From the NCBI GenBank assembly GCA_018819225.1, contig JAHJQN010000004.1, positions 224,001-288,000 of the forward strand: a stretch of DNA of 64,000 nucleotides, given 5' to 3'. Position 1 is the first letter of the stretch, and every line of letters starts with the position of its first letter. This DNA comes from Candidatus Micrarchaeota archaeon (lineage in GTDB: Archaea > Micrarchaeota > Micrarchaeia > Norongarragalinales > SBBD01). Below are positions 31,001-38,773 of the stretch, one piece after another. A program made the translations under genes and the position numbers. Below the pieces are notes generated by a model. The model had not been told where the DNA came from and did not search any database. It saw only the letters and a list, made by a program, of their open reading frames with translations.

Positions 31001-32375
31001 CCATGGGTTTCCCGTTCTCCCAGAATAATCCAACCGAAGCCTCGGGAATCGATTCCAGGGATTGGTCAATCACATTCACTTCCACTAACGCCGAATTTTC
31101 GTCGTTCGCCTTAACTAAAACCATTTCGTAACGTTCTCCGCGACGCGCCTCTTCAACGAACGCCGGAAGGAAACCGAACTTGTAAGCCGTAACATAATAG
31201 GTTCCGGGGTCCACGTTCTCGAATGCGGCCGAGCCATTGCTCGGAATCTGTTCCTCAATGCGAGCCCCCTTGCTGTCATAAAGCCGCACAATCGGGTTCA
31301 ACACATGGGTGCCGCCTTCATCGTTCACTTGAACCATGATGGACCGCTGAGCCGACTCGGGAATCGCGTGCAATGAGAGTTCAATAACCGTATCCTTTTC
31401 CACGAACACGGGAATGGAGGATAAGGACTCAAAACCGGCCGCTCGCGCGGATACGATGATGCGGGTGCCCAACAGAACGTCTTGAACCGGAATCCGGCCG
31501 TTTTCTCCGGTGAGGAGATTCGTATACAAGGCCTTTCCAGAAATGGCATCTGCAATGTCTACGCTGGCATTCGCAATGCTTTCATCGTTCGCGTCATCCG
31601 ATACCAGGACGCGGACTTTTCCCAAAACGTCTCGATCCTTCGGAAGCAAAACAAAGGGCGTGAAGACCTCGTCACGCGTCCCAACCGAAATTTCACGGGA
31701 ATCGTCAACGTACCCTTCAGCGGAAACAATGATTTTATACGTGTTTTCGGGCTCGACTTCAAACGTCACCGATGAACCGGATTTTGAATCCTGAACGGGC
31801 ACCAGCGTATCGGAATCCACGATCCAGAAAACCGCCGAAGGCGGGCCTTGAACCGACAAACTGATGCTCACGGTTTGTTTAACGACTTCTTCCACTAAAC
31901 GTAAAGAAACAATGTTATCGGAAGCGTCTTTCTCGATGGTCACGGTCTTACCCGCCGTAGAAAACTCGAGCGTTTCCTCATCCGAATTCAATGCCGAAAT
32001 GCGGAACGTGACCCCGATCGGCACATTCGAAAAAAAGGCGACGCCCTCGGAATCCGTGATGCCCTCCAATCGTTCGTGAATGCCTTCCGTGTCCACCAAA
32101 TAAACGGCGGCATTGATGACGGGAAATCCGTCGGCCGTCTGAATTTCGATGGCGACGTCCGATTGCTGAGGCCCTAACAGCGCGGTCCCCCCCAGTAAAA
32201 AGAATCCGGCGCCGCCGATCAGAAGCAGCAATATTAAAACAAACGCGGGTAGCGACGGAATGCCTTTTTCTTCAAGGGTTTCGGCAACGCTCTTGAACGG
32301 CAGTCCTTTTTCCTCGCTCCAATCCAAGAAATTGGCCCAACCATCCTGGATTTTTTCAAATAAGTCTTCTAGCAT
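22014..32375 (-). CDS. Giant (3453 aa) membrane-anchored surface protein with carboxypeptidase-regulatory-like/Ig-like beta-sandwich repeats, Cys-rich modules, Pro/Thr linkers and a hydrophobic plus helical C-terminal region
   Basis: Single open frame of 10.4 kb; TM at aa ~43-62; repeated PI.NA.V...T...G...F..V...Y...A...GF pattern; acidic, beta-rich composition. Confidence 0.9.
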   Translation of the reverse strand: MLEDLFEKIQDGWANFLDWSEEKGLPFKSVAETLEEKGIPSLPAFVLILLLLIGGAGFFLLGGTALLGPQQSDVAIEIQTADGFPVINAAVYLVDTEGIHERLEGITDSEGVAFFSNVPIGVTFRISALNSDEETLEFSTAGKTVTIEKDASDNIVSLRLVEEVVKQTVSISLSVQGPPSAVFWIVDSDTLVPVQDSKSGSSVTFEVEPENTYKIIVSAEGYVDDSREISVGTRDEVFTPFVLLPKDRDVLGKVRVLVSDDANDESIANASVDIADAISGKALYTNLLTGENGRIPVQDVLLGTRIIVSARAAGFESLSSIPVFVEKDTVIELSLHAIPESAQRSIMVQVNDEGGTHVLNPIVRLYDSKGARIEEQIPSNGSAAFENVDPGTYYVTAYKFGFLPAFVEEARRGERYEMVLVKANDENSALVEVNVIDQSLESIPEASVGLFWENGKPMGISEKFTSADGSADFPDVPLERIFVKASFAGREGKSNPELISIDGTGEEPEVNLIEVILQPGKAKLVVSVYDYFTNQSLDGALVELSFSGGTFIKEDSCVTERGKCAVDILEGFYVARVSLEGYETLLSSEFEVIPGITNRDSFELLPSGARGSQIVFQGLYDLKSNKASSLSPSTVYKAKFLLTRPNVDVSRAEVHVRVGSADSSLDNELVEIVGYEAGTAFVTKGTLYDLSPVIVTDVPTETPSPTPAEELEFADPEFQPAYKYVHFTFQPFEGTKEIAVFVRTKAVSDGTAMLQYRSAFDTARETLRDPLDETASTSSILANMKTITAPISFGGLCEDDLCLDYFFEGQNGRALDNYEAEIRETFSLQFHVAAPRGTVVELSSSALDESITLTEGSSGGSRAVARSAGDQELITITTSEDNAEGQFLIQAQRLSNDVALQLQVRNAETVITRSLYVRVVGTKPDLKVTNRPSSLQALQDNMVTFAVEDSLGLPVSHAYVSVGNGNDALRGAIIEGVFSEGRDGSAQYRVEGIHPVAIGTVTYQVEAEGFKVKRGFLRVTGDELISVEGETLSLTVDSTDNQEQGFSVTNLLDNEVRVSVQMQFGRNPQYTDVSVDLSSFRLKARDTQSINLRARILDTILPVAARANTLSETVSGRLLVRARLGSYDQEESVPFTIASSFTQQDLEALWSASADSLQFTLKPPREPRDTQTMVVTNDADYPILINYQSTLSNVYMEPLSQTIAAGDSAEFKVVARAYPVDPCDLEDDERDGTLTLYASTLGITSRKRVGLTYTASSSENCRDVHAGDEDPTSTPEPTEFVTPTPVPTPLVPTCALNADPNRIEEEGTSTITVDYYDLNRAPNVVVVNCGNGRTSNAVSCTGTTGSCTASCYYSSKGRYEVRAQAGNLACLSTRVEIYPAGVTFTPTPEPGCVADDECSNDEICSSGVCEFLECGESEAAIDHTCQAVEPEVKSVSGGVRISLPMQIVLQLPPNTLTHTNPDGSTFIELPSGDTMLFDADVRVGDLNDLQQSSPYSSTFTFSIEQGGGSLVAVIPSGAFFEVPARYARRIPVQGYNTYRSYLSPYQRNFMQYGWELRLPVVVYLDFPTETEFAREGAFETASINDFDIKYPTSSTQYRPYSGEERRVRVNAHQPIQISLTPIISSQDALEVEFPVEATFIIEEFIRVKKDSFSGGKALQFQSGNTISLPSDAIISMDARDFKRVTIPAGSALRIPSPFALRTYNGEIVLSLPFRVLFLVRDGPEVSLNIAPDGVRAKSISTDYLEMSFLNGVARAGLKAPDGSRTVEVMPLTQIIFGRPDFGMTGNEKRLPVGFDMTLPFNVNARYSVKDDRHLLEFPSNQRMLVKGASIEDEEFGERRDLKVPPSVSIVFDYSMLQEEEQRFGEDRFTVTFPQDVVLHFPVNARVVKNAVTTYSYNVELPFRPVLQAAEPYKDLFVERNVPITFVMIDEDLAGLQGVDFVFHHFPNDVDVNVPQETFDKFLEEPFEKNGDIMQSYRLSICTELAMEDNAENDLFEFNGMRLMADDVEKADETEDAVTFSIPVDTRFVTRICQDTDKKYKFHATFTDDVVYLLPEDAPEVSTEIHSMTKRVDLQGCREIQINVRGETSYQLPQVKEIWFSDMNPFPKEKDEPQQISVPADSKTTLILCERPSRNPDGFAMITDNFVPIRIKPKEQTFEFTDSNVEGIVEKGFCVLNDAPSEVSVYMDISGDEDEKSWTAESRNALSGESISSELEGVIRKIRKPSAWDEGAHMILAGKAQQDKNEDAACQVQQFLFSVQVPQQYTDDDGCLLPQEKLDELGPLEGDVKIFYDYRGSGAQFVPAKLILTFEKTGSCVGSLRAQLRDALGGFYVNYDRSQQNVKTTAPQKLVFKDLGHKRWISMANNLDESVTLNYQTYSANGTGFLRCDIPTSLRAGEGYISECESLRPWSGYMEIKFKGSINGKTDSKFVNVESYEIDPANPAMKNLFSGTPLGDLILRDPPAMPPSLTPASGVPPGTPAPAVPAHSAPSVPPASAPTTPVSVVPSGIIRVADAVIPCSTNFCTADEAKAAFKGFGAQVAQLITTFYTQEDEKFNEELNKFCNPSDPVVRAFNRDYRKSVVVQMANTKINLNDLQTAFQEGLGEFGFVGGKKSIKYTATGTADQCGIYIATARLGLCELRPNKEEWLKSSFIEMHVDSSLPSPTRFLACEEKLYNTNLLTADTPEVIIGREPNPHIIWTNKKREGDTGFFEKFRIFSIGPYREAPSADDERHADLLLNTLYGYNDYPLSQAVPFEDTGACIENGGKATGALLLAGAPGALVAIVGSIFAAPVFAPRLAQGVYSLVTGITGCTASIAVDSLAPSRVGICEGINACISFQTFALTDFYLNLVLPTGAVPGVNSITGASGLLSSTFASQVARRGGNELIGNLAVTGALSAILGGSNTVLDSEFAPGITPATVPIVAGASKVFRPFGSRAFMTDYFMHQGMSLEFADALVTRYTQTAGGTISSSTISRALVNLIHTPGETALVPRSSVNDFTQLLSGADGRARMNAWVDLTAPGTRTTLYNELTDVSRTIAPTQDQFNTKIRSLFTALDRDPNIREKVVDELINNRLPPNYNLYGKSETLSAFLRSDARPSAVSDELWKLYSQTAGPIDLDFRRILTPDELANVLRNYDEVAVNEIKGGSGRFVRTSLNGKLRNALGGALTNTEERAIIEHVRDRATKARTLTKFDDAVEQASKTLADDFDAVRSRSGRFRSVGNAVKESSFTKKSFRGISLIGSLVAPLLFYTEVRPVRAELDYRFGNHLVVYHNEEGQAASMKEYCFRNEKDLNECANRVDTEELCPDSEHACLYLTEGTVLAGIPQYNLVTSFNKGVSPDYFITSMFDPNVPVASSFVPDPSLVHSYSDPLDFRSPVFTTVTGATVTNAVTLVPASPKEAVEALLKRFREWCINDGCPQAVEDAIPVAQKQFDDTKYPEALNTLRQSAGVPIEP

Positions 32376-32451
32376 GGGGCTATCGTAGAAAATACTATTA
32401 ACTCAGCTATTTAAAGGCTTACGAAAGCCGAAAAAAGCAACGGAATAATGG

Positions 32452-32790
32452 TTAAGAAAACCGGCGAGGCAACGCGTAAATGGAACCGCATTTCTTGCAT
32501 ACCTTCTCCTTGTGCTTCCAATTTAATTCAAACGAAGTCGATCCACATTCATTGCACGCCTTCACATCCGTTTTGTGAAAGTCTTTCCAGCCCGCCTTCC
32601 CCTCACGAGCCACAAACGATTGATGCGAATAAGCCACGCGTTCTTTGTGGAGAGGCGACGGATGATCGGGTCGACCGCGTTTTTCGATCGCACGACGAAC
32701 TTTCCGAGAACTGCAGCGCGGGCAATTCATCGGATCTTCTGCATCAAACTCCAACTTGCAATTTTCGCACGAGTACTTATCGGATTTCAT
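32452..32790 (-). CDS. Double Zn-ribbon protein
   Basis: CENC..CPRC and CNEC..CKKCG (second is TFIIB-ribbon-like). Confidence 0.75.
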   Translation of the reverse strand: MKSDKYSCENCKLEFDAEDPMNCPRCSSRKVRRAIEKRGRPDHPSPLHKERVAYSHQSFVAREGKAGWKDFHKTDVKACNECGSTSFELNWKHKEKVCKKCGSIYALPRRFS

Positions 32791-32796
32791 GGGGCA

Positions 32797-33075
32797 TCAC
32801 GTCGAAAACGCCTTGGTAGACGTTTTAAATTCAAGATATGCCTTCGCGAGATCGGGGTCTCGGGCCTTTAACAAATCGCCGACTTCTTCTTTCACGCATA
32901 ACGTACTGATGACGCCGCCGTGCGTACGATCCTTTAATTTGGGAATCAGCTGCTCAAGGAGTTCCCGCGCGGTCGATTCCGAACCCCCGGCGTTCAAAAT
33001 ACTTTTCATCACCTTGTCCGGTGAAAACGGTTCGACGCTGCCGTCAAATTTTCGAACGTTTTGAATCTCTTCCAC
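32797..33075 (-). CDS. Stand-alone ATP-cone domain protein
   Basis: VRKFDGSVEPFSPDKVMKSI, IST..VKEEV..LL, LAKAY. Confidence 0.85.
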   Translation of the reverse strand: MEEIQNVRKFDGSVEPFSPDKVMKSILNAGGSESTARELLEQLIPKLKDRTHGGVISTLCVKEEVGDLLKARDPDLAKAYLEFKTSTKAFST

Positions 33076-34072
33076 GCGGAATTTCCCTCAAAATATAGCG
33101 TACAAAGCGCGCCATTCCCTCATGCAAAAGAATACGGGGACGGAATCCCAGCACCCGTTTCGCCTTGGAAATGTCGTACCGACGATCTTCAGTAAGCGTA
33201 TGCAAATACGCATTATAAAATCTTTGCTTGCGTCCAAGCAACCGGTCGCGAAAACGGAATCCCGCGAACAGGATGAAGGCGGCCGACCGCGAAATATGTT
33301 TCGTGGGAGGCGATGCACCGAAAGCCGTCGCCAATTCCGAAAACAATTGTTTCTGGGTGTGCGTTTCGCCGGAAGTAATGATGAAATCCTCCCGGCCTTT
33401 TTTCAACATCAACGCGCGGCGTATCGCTTGCACCACATCGTCCACGAAAATCAAGGGAATCGCATTCTCACCGGATCCGATCGTGCGCAATTGTCCTTTA
33501 CGCAGCATGCGCACCATGAATTCAAATCCGGATGTGAATCCTTCGCCGTAGATAATGGGCGGGCGTAAAATCACGTAGTCCAAATGACTTTCCTTCAACG
33601 CGGTTTCGGATGCCCGCTTGCTTCGACCGTACGGGCTAACGGGTTGGAACGGCGTGCGTTCATCGATGCGTTTTCCGCGAGGAGACTTAATGCCTCGGTA
33701 GACCGAGGTGGATGAAAGAAATACGAATCGCCTCACGCCCTTCAATTCAGCCGCCCGAATCAATTGAAGCGTCCCTTTGTAATTAACCGTCCAATGGCGG
33801 GTCTCCGGAGCCCCGTAATCGATGAGAGCCGCCAAGTGAATCAGGCGATCCACGTGTTGGCAGGCTTCCGTCAACCCAATAAAGTCCGAAGAAGACAGGT
33901 CGTGGGAAACGACTTGAACGCGATTTCCGAACAAGCGCTTCGCTTTAATGGGATCACGGACCAGAACGCGAATCCTTTTGCGAAAATTTTTTTGCGCTAA
34001 TAAGTCGTTGACGATCGCGGTTCCTAAACGACCCGTCGCTCCGGTCACCAGAATCCAGCCGTTCCGAGTCAT
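33044..34072 (-). CDS. NAD-dependent epimerase/dehydratase (extended SDR)
   Basis: ILVTGATGRLG, HLAA, SSTSVY, YGRSK, LRPPIIYG. Confidence 0.92.
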   Translation of the reverse strand: MTRNGWILVTGATGRLGTAIVNDLLAQKNFRKRIRVLVRDPIKAKRLFGNRVQVVSHDLSSSDFIGLTEACQHVDRLIHLAALIDYGAPETRHWTVNYKGTLQLIRAAELKGVRRFVFLSSTSVYRGIKSPRGKRIDERTPFQPVSPYGRSKRASETALKESHLDYVILRPPIIYGEGFTSGFEFMVRMLRKGQLRTIGSGENAIPLIFVDDVVQAIRRALMLKKGREDFIITSGETHTQKQLFSELATAFGASPPTKHISRSAAFILFAGFRFRDRLLGRKQRFYNAYLHTLTEDRRYDISKAKRVLGFRPRILLHEGMARFVRYILREIPRGRDSKRSKI

Positions 34073-34116
34073 GAACTACAACAGAAATCTCCGATATATA
34101 AACCTCAAGGAGAGCG

Positions 34117-37100
34117 CTAATCGTGCAGCGCGTTCAACGATACCAACGAGAAAGGCGAGCGAACCACGCGCATCGAACGAGCCAGTTGAAGCGCCAAATA
34201 CGCGCTCGTGAGCACGGGCAGGCCTCGTTGAACCGCTTCCCTGCGCAATGCAGAATCAGATCGAGCGTTGGAGCGGCTGCGAATCCCGTCAATGATGAAC
34301 GAGATCTCTCCGTTCCTCAGATGAGTAAGCGCTTCTTCGGGGGACCACGCCGGTAAAACGCGAATGCCCGCTTCCCTGAACGCATTGACCAACGCCTTGC
34401 GCCACTTTCCGCATGATCCGATGTAAACGGTTGGACCGAAGGAATGCCCTGCGGCGCTCATGGCCTTCAAGAATGCTTCTTCAAAAGTCGGCGCGACGCC
34501 CATGACTTCTCCCGTGCTCTTCATTTCAGGCGACAACACGGGATCGACATCCGCAAATTTTCGAAACGGAAACACGGGGGCTTTCACCGCATAGTATCCT
34601 TTCGGGGGAATCAGTTCGCGATCGAAATCCTTGAAGTATTCCGTCAGCTTCCCGCCCACTTGAATGGATGCCGCAATTTTCGCTAATGGAATGCCGGTCG
34701 CCTTACTCAAAAAAGGAATCGTGCGGGAAGCCCGCGGATTCACTTCCAAAACGTATACCGCATCGCCTTTCACGGCCATTTGAATGTTGACGAGTCCAAG
34801 AATATGAAACGAACGGCAAATATCGATAGTGAAACGGCGGATTTTTTTCATGGCTTCCTTTGAAATACGAACCGTTGGCAATACGCATGAAGAATCTCCG
34901 GAATGCACGCCCGCTTCCTCGATTTGTTCCATAATGCCGGCCAATTTAGTGTGCGTACCGTCCGCGAGCGCGTCCACGTCGACTTCGATGGCATCCTCCA
35001 GGAAACGGTCCATTAAAATCGCGTAGTTCCCAGAAACGAAAAGCGCTTCGTCCACGACGTCTAAAAGTTGAGACTCGTCGTATACGATTTCCATGGCCCG
35101 ACCTCCGAGAACGTAGGAAGGACGGACGAGCAACGGATAGGAAATGCCGCGGGCGATGCCGACGGCTTCCTCGCGCGTAAATGCGGTGCCGCTCTCGACG
35201 GTGGGAATCCGAAGACGTTGCATCACGTTTTTGAAACGTTTTCGATTCTGCGAAGCGTCAATATCGGAAATGGAAGTGCCCAGCACGTTGATACCATTCT
35301 CATGCAAGGGGAGCGCCAAATTCACGGCGGTTTGGCCTCCGAATTGAACCAAAACACCTTCCACTGGATCGCGTTGAAGAACATGCAAGACGTTTTCGGT
35401 TGTTAAAGGCTCGAAATACAGTTTATCCGCGATATCAAAGTCGGTACTCACGGTTTCGGGATTATTGTTGATGATGAGGGTCTCAAAGCCTTTTTCCTTG
35501 AGAGCCAGTACGGCGTGAACCGAGCAATAGTCGAATTCGATGCCCTGACCGATGCGTATAGGACCCGAACCCAAAATCGCGATCTTCCGACGTTTTTTCT
35601 TCACCAGAATCTGCGATTCGTCCAACGCATCATACGAGGAATAATAGTAAGGGGTTTTAGCAGGAAACTCCGCGGAACATGTATCGACCATCTTGAATAC
35701 CGGCGTCATGTGATGCTGGTTCCGGAAAAAGCGAATGGATGACGTGGATAGGCCGGACAAGCGACTGATGTCTTGATCCGAAAACCCGTCTTGCTTTGCC
35801 CGATGCATTAACGCCATGCCCGGCTCGTCCGCTTTCAAACGTTTCAACTCGTTTTCCATCCGCGCAACGCGCTCGATGCGTTCAATAAACCACGGGTGAA
35901 TCATCGTGCGCTTGGCGATCTCGGAAACGGACATGCGTCGAGTTGAAAGTAATTCTTGGATGGCCAGCAAGCGTAATTCATTGGGTTGCAACCACTCGTT
36001 AATCGTCTTTTCATCATCAAAACGGAAATCCGTTTTTACCTGCATTTCCAGAGAATGCATCGCTTTGTGTAAGCACGCCTCGAACGAGCGCTCGATCGCC
36101 ATGACTTCCCCCGTGCTCTTCATCTGCGTACCCAAGCCGCGTTGGGCCCGCAACTTGTCAAACGGCCATTTAGGAATCTTGAGTACCACGTAATCCAGCG
36201 AGGGTTCAAAAGCAGCGGATTGACCCGTCATACGATTCTCAATCTCATGCAACGAGTAACCCAGAGCAATCTTCGTGGCCACTCGCGCAATGGGATACCC
36301 CGTGGCTTTGGACGCGAGAGCGGAGGAGCGCGAGGTTCTTGGATTCACTTCAATGATCCAGTACTCCCCATTCTTCTGATTCAAAGCGAATTGGATATTG
36401 CATGCCCCACGCACTCCAAGAGCACGAACGATTTTGATTGCGGAGGCTCTCAAAAAATGGTATTCCTTATCCGTCAGAGTTTGCGAAGGCGCGACCACCA
36501 TGCTTTCTCCCGTATGCACGCCCATCGCATCCAAATTTTCCATGTTGCAAATCGTAATGCAATTGTCTTCCGCGTCCCGAATGACTTCATACTCAAATTC
36601 CGCCAGTCCCTCAAGACTTCGTTCGATTAATGCGGAGCGCGTCGCACTCAATTCCAATGCCCGAAGCACCGCCGGTTCAAATTCCTCGTCGCGGTGCACG
36701 ATTCCACTCCCGGTTCCCCCTAACGTGAAATCCGGCCGGATAATGAGCGGCAAGCCCAATTTTTTCAACGCGCCCCGAGCTTGCTCGAGCGACGTGCATC
36801 GTTGGCTTGGAGGAACCGGTTCCTTAATGCGTTTCATGAGTGCTTGAAACTGTTCCCGGTCCTCCGCTAATTGAATGGTTTCAATGGAAGTACCCAATAA
36901 CGTTATGCCGTGTTTTTTCAGAACCTCTTTTAATTCAATGGCGAGGTTGAGGCCGGTTTGACCGGCCATGGTGGCAATCATCGCCTCCGGTTTTTCCTTT
37001 TCAATGACGCGGGTAAGGGTTTCTTTGGTTAACGGTTCAATATAGATTTTGTCCGCGAACTCGAAATCCGTTTGAATCGTGGCCGGGTTGCTGTTCACTA

Positions 37101-37233
37101 GTATGATGCGCACGCCTTCTTCCTTCAGCGCTTTACAGCACTGCGTTCCCGAATAATCGAACTCGGCCGCTTGACCAATCACGATGGGCCCGCTTCCGAT
37201 GACCAACACGTTTTTTGGAACGGTTTTTTTCAT
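34117..37233 (-). CDS. carB: Carbamoyl-phosphate synthase large subunit
   Basis: GSGPIVIGQAAEFDYSGTQ, EVNPRTSRSSALASKATG, GSGPIRIGQGIEFDY, EVNPRASRT; shortened MGS-like tail. Confidence 0.98.
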   Translation of the reverse strand: MKKTVPKNVLVIGSGPIVIGQAAEFDYSGTQCCKALKEEGVRIILVNSNPATIQTDFEFADKIYIEPLTKETLTRVIEKEKPEAMIATMAGQTGLNLAIELKEVLKKHGITLLGTSIETIQLAEDREQFQALMKRIKEPVPPSQRCTSLEQARGALKKLGLPLIIRPDFTLGGTGSGIVHRDEEFEPAVLRALELSATRSALIERSLEGLAEFEYEVIRDAEDNCITICNMENLDAMGVHTGESMVVAPSQTLTDKEYHFLRASAIKIVRALGVRGACNIQFALNQKNGEYWIIEVNPRTSRSSALASKATGYPIARVATKIALGYSLHEIENRMTGQSAAFEPSLDYVVLKIPKWPFDKLRAQRGLGTQMKSTGEVMAIERSFEACLHKAMHSLEMQVKTDFRFDDEKTINEWLQPNELRLLAIQELLSTRRMSVSEIAKRTMIHPWFIERIERVARMENELKRLKADEPGMALMHRAKQDGFSDQDISRLSGLSTSSIRFFRNQHHMTPVFKMVDTCSAEFPAKTPYYYSSYDALDESQILVKKKRRKIAILGSGPIRIGQGIEFDYCSVHAVLALKEKGFETLIINNNPETVSTDFDIADKLYFEPLTTENVLHVLQRDPVEGVLVQFGGQTAVNLALPLHENGINVLGTSISDIDASQNRKRFKNVMQRLRIPTVESGTAFTREEAVGIARGISYPLLVRPSYVLGGRAMEIVYDESQLLDVVDEALFVSGNYAILMDRFLEDAIEVDVDALADGTHTKLAGIMEQIEEAGVHSGDSSCVLPTVRISKEAMKKIRRFTIDICRSFHILGLVNIQMAVKGDAVYVLEVNPRASRTIPFLSKATGIPLAKIAASIQVGGKLTEYFKDFDRELIPPKGYYAVKAPVFPFRKFADVDPVLSPEMKSTGEVMGVAPTFEEAFLKAMSAAGHSFGPTVYIGSCGKWRKALVNAFREAGIRVLPAWSPEEALTHLRNGEISFIIDGIRSRSNARSDSALRREAVQRGLPVLTSAYLALQLARSMRVVRSPFSLVSLNALHD

Positions 37234-38336
37234 AAGGATTTCACGAACTCATCGAATAATTCATTCGAATCTTTCGGGCCCACATGGCCCTCCGGATGAA
37301 ACTGGCACGAGAAAATGGGCAAGGTCTTGTGGCGCAGCCCCTCGTTGGTTCCATCATTGCAATTCTCATACAAGGGAAGAACATCGGAAGGCAAATCCGT
37401 CACCGCAAAACCGTGATTCTGCGAAGTAATGAAGAGGCGCTGCGTTTCCAGATTGCGGACCGCGTGGTTGCTGCCGCGGTGACCAAACGTGAGTTTGAAC
37501 GTTTTCGCACCCAACGCGAGTGCCAGCACTTGATTTCCTAAACAAATGCCGAACAACGGTTTTTCCGCCAGCAGTTGTTTGGCCGTTGCGACGGTTTTTT
37601 TCATCATGGTGGGATCGCCCGGGCCGTTGGAAAACAATAGGCCGTCCACGCGATCGCGCATGATCTCTTCAGCAGACGTTTGGTAAGGATAGACGGTCAC
37701 GTTCATTCCGCGAAGCAATAACTCTTGGAGCATGCTCGTTTTACCGCCGCAGTCAATGAACGCCACGTGTTTTTTCGCGTTCTGGACGACGTGTTTTTTC
37801 TTTTCGGGTACGCTGACTTCCCGCACGAAATCAATTTCCGAATACCGGTATTTGGTTATAGTGGATTGCAATGCGCGAACTTGGTCTTCAACGCTTTGAG
37901 ACGGATCGCGTCGTGCCACCGCACACGGAACCACCCCGGATTCCCGCACGCGTCGAACAATGGCACGGGTATCCACACGGTGAATTCCCGGAATGTCTTG
38001 CGTTTTCATCCATTCATCTAACGAGGAACGGGCTTTGTAATGCGAATAGAACGAAGTCACTTCACGGCAAACCATGGCTTTGACATGAATGCGCTGCGAT
38101 TCATTGTCTTCTTCATTGATCCCGTAATTGCCAAGGAGAGGGTAAGCAAACGTGAGCACTTGTCCCGCATAAGAAGGATCCGTCATGGCTTCCTGATAGC
38201 CCGTCATAGAGGTATTGAAAACGAGTTCTCCAATCGTTGTGCGATCAGAACCGAATCCTTCACCGAGAAAAAAGGAGGCGTCTTGCAACACCAGAAGCGC
38301 ATCTTTCGCACTAACCCCTCCTCTCGTGAAAGACAT
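37230..38336 (-). CDS. carA: Carbamoyl-phosphate synthase small subunit
   Basis: GELVFNTSMTGYQE..TDPSY, SNGPGDP, FGICLGNQ, QFHPE. Confidence 0.98.
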   Translation of the reverse strand: MSFTRGGVSAKDALLVLQDASFFLGEGFGSDRTTIGELVFNTSMTGYQEAMTDPSYAGQVLTFAYPLLGNYGINEEDNESQRIHVKAMVCREVTSFYSHYKARSSLDEWMKTQDIPGIHRVDTRAIVRRVRESGVVPCAVARRDPSQSVEDQVRALQSTITKYRYSEIDFVREVSVPEKKKHVVQNAKKHVAFIDCGGKTSMLQELLLRGMNVTVYPYQTSAEEIMRDRVDGLLFSNGPGDPTMMKKTVATAKQLLAEKPLFGICLGNQVLALALGAKTFKLTFGHRGSNHAVRNLETQRLFITSQNHGFAVTDLPSDVLPLYENCNDGTNEGLRHKTLPIFSCQFHPEGHVGPKDSNELFDEFVKSL

Positions 38337-38390
38337 GAGAATCAGAATTAATAAAAGAGGCTTCAGTTATTTAAATGGATCGGCGGGTGT

Positions 38391-38687
38391 TTAAGAAGAA
38401 CGGCGTTGACGAACCGCAAACAGAGCAAAAACGGCCATTATCAAGCCCATCCAAACCGGTATATCCGGCGTTGACCCCTGAACGTCGCCAGTGCGCTGAA
38501 TCGTGCACGAAGCGCTTCCGAGATCAGCCACAAGCGCTTGCAAGTGGTAATCGCCTAATGTGAATGGTTTCCACGCGATATGCGACGAACCCATCGCCTT
38601 CCTCTTCCACGATGCTTGGCGAACCCGTCAACAGAATATCGGAATCAGAAAAAGAAATAAGAAGCAATGAAAGCGTCGGGCGATCAT
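38391..38687 (-). pseudogene. Possible disrupted small surface protein with C-terminal sorting signal
   Basis: Signal-peptide-like MIARRFHCFLFLFLIPIFC, in-frame TGA at 38628-38630, then the frame continues to TPDIPVWMGLIMAVFALFAVRQRRSS. Confidence 0.35.
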
Positions 38688-38773
38688 ACATTGAGAATAG
38701 GCCCGTTGAATAAAAACGTTCAGCTTGAAGGAAGGCACAAAAGGATTTAATATCCAGAACCAGTTAACTTCCC

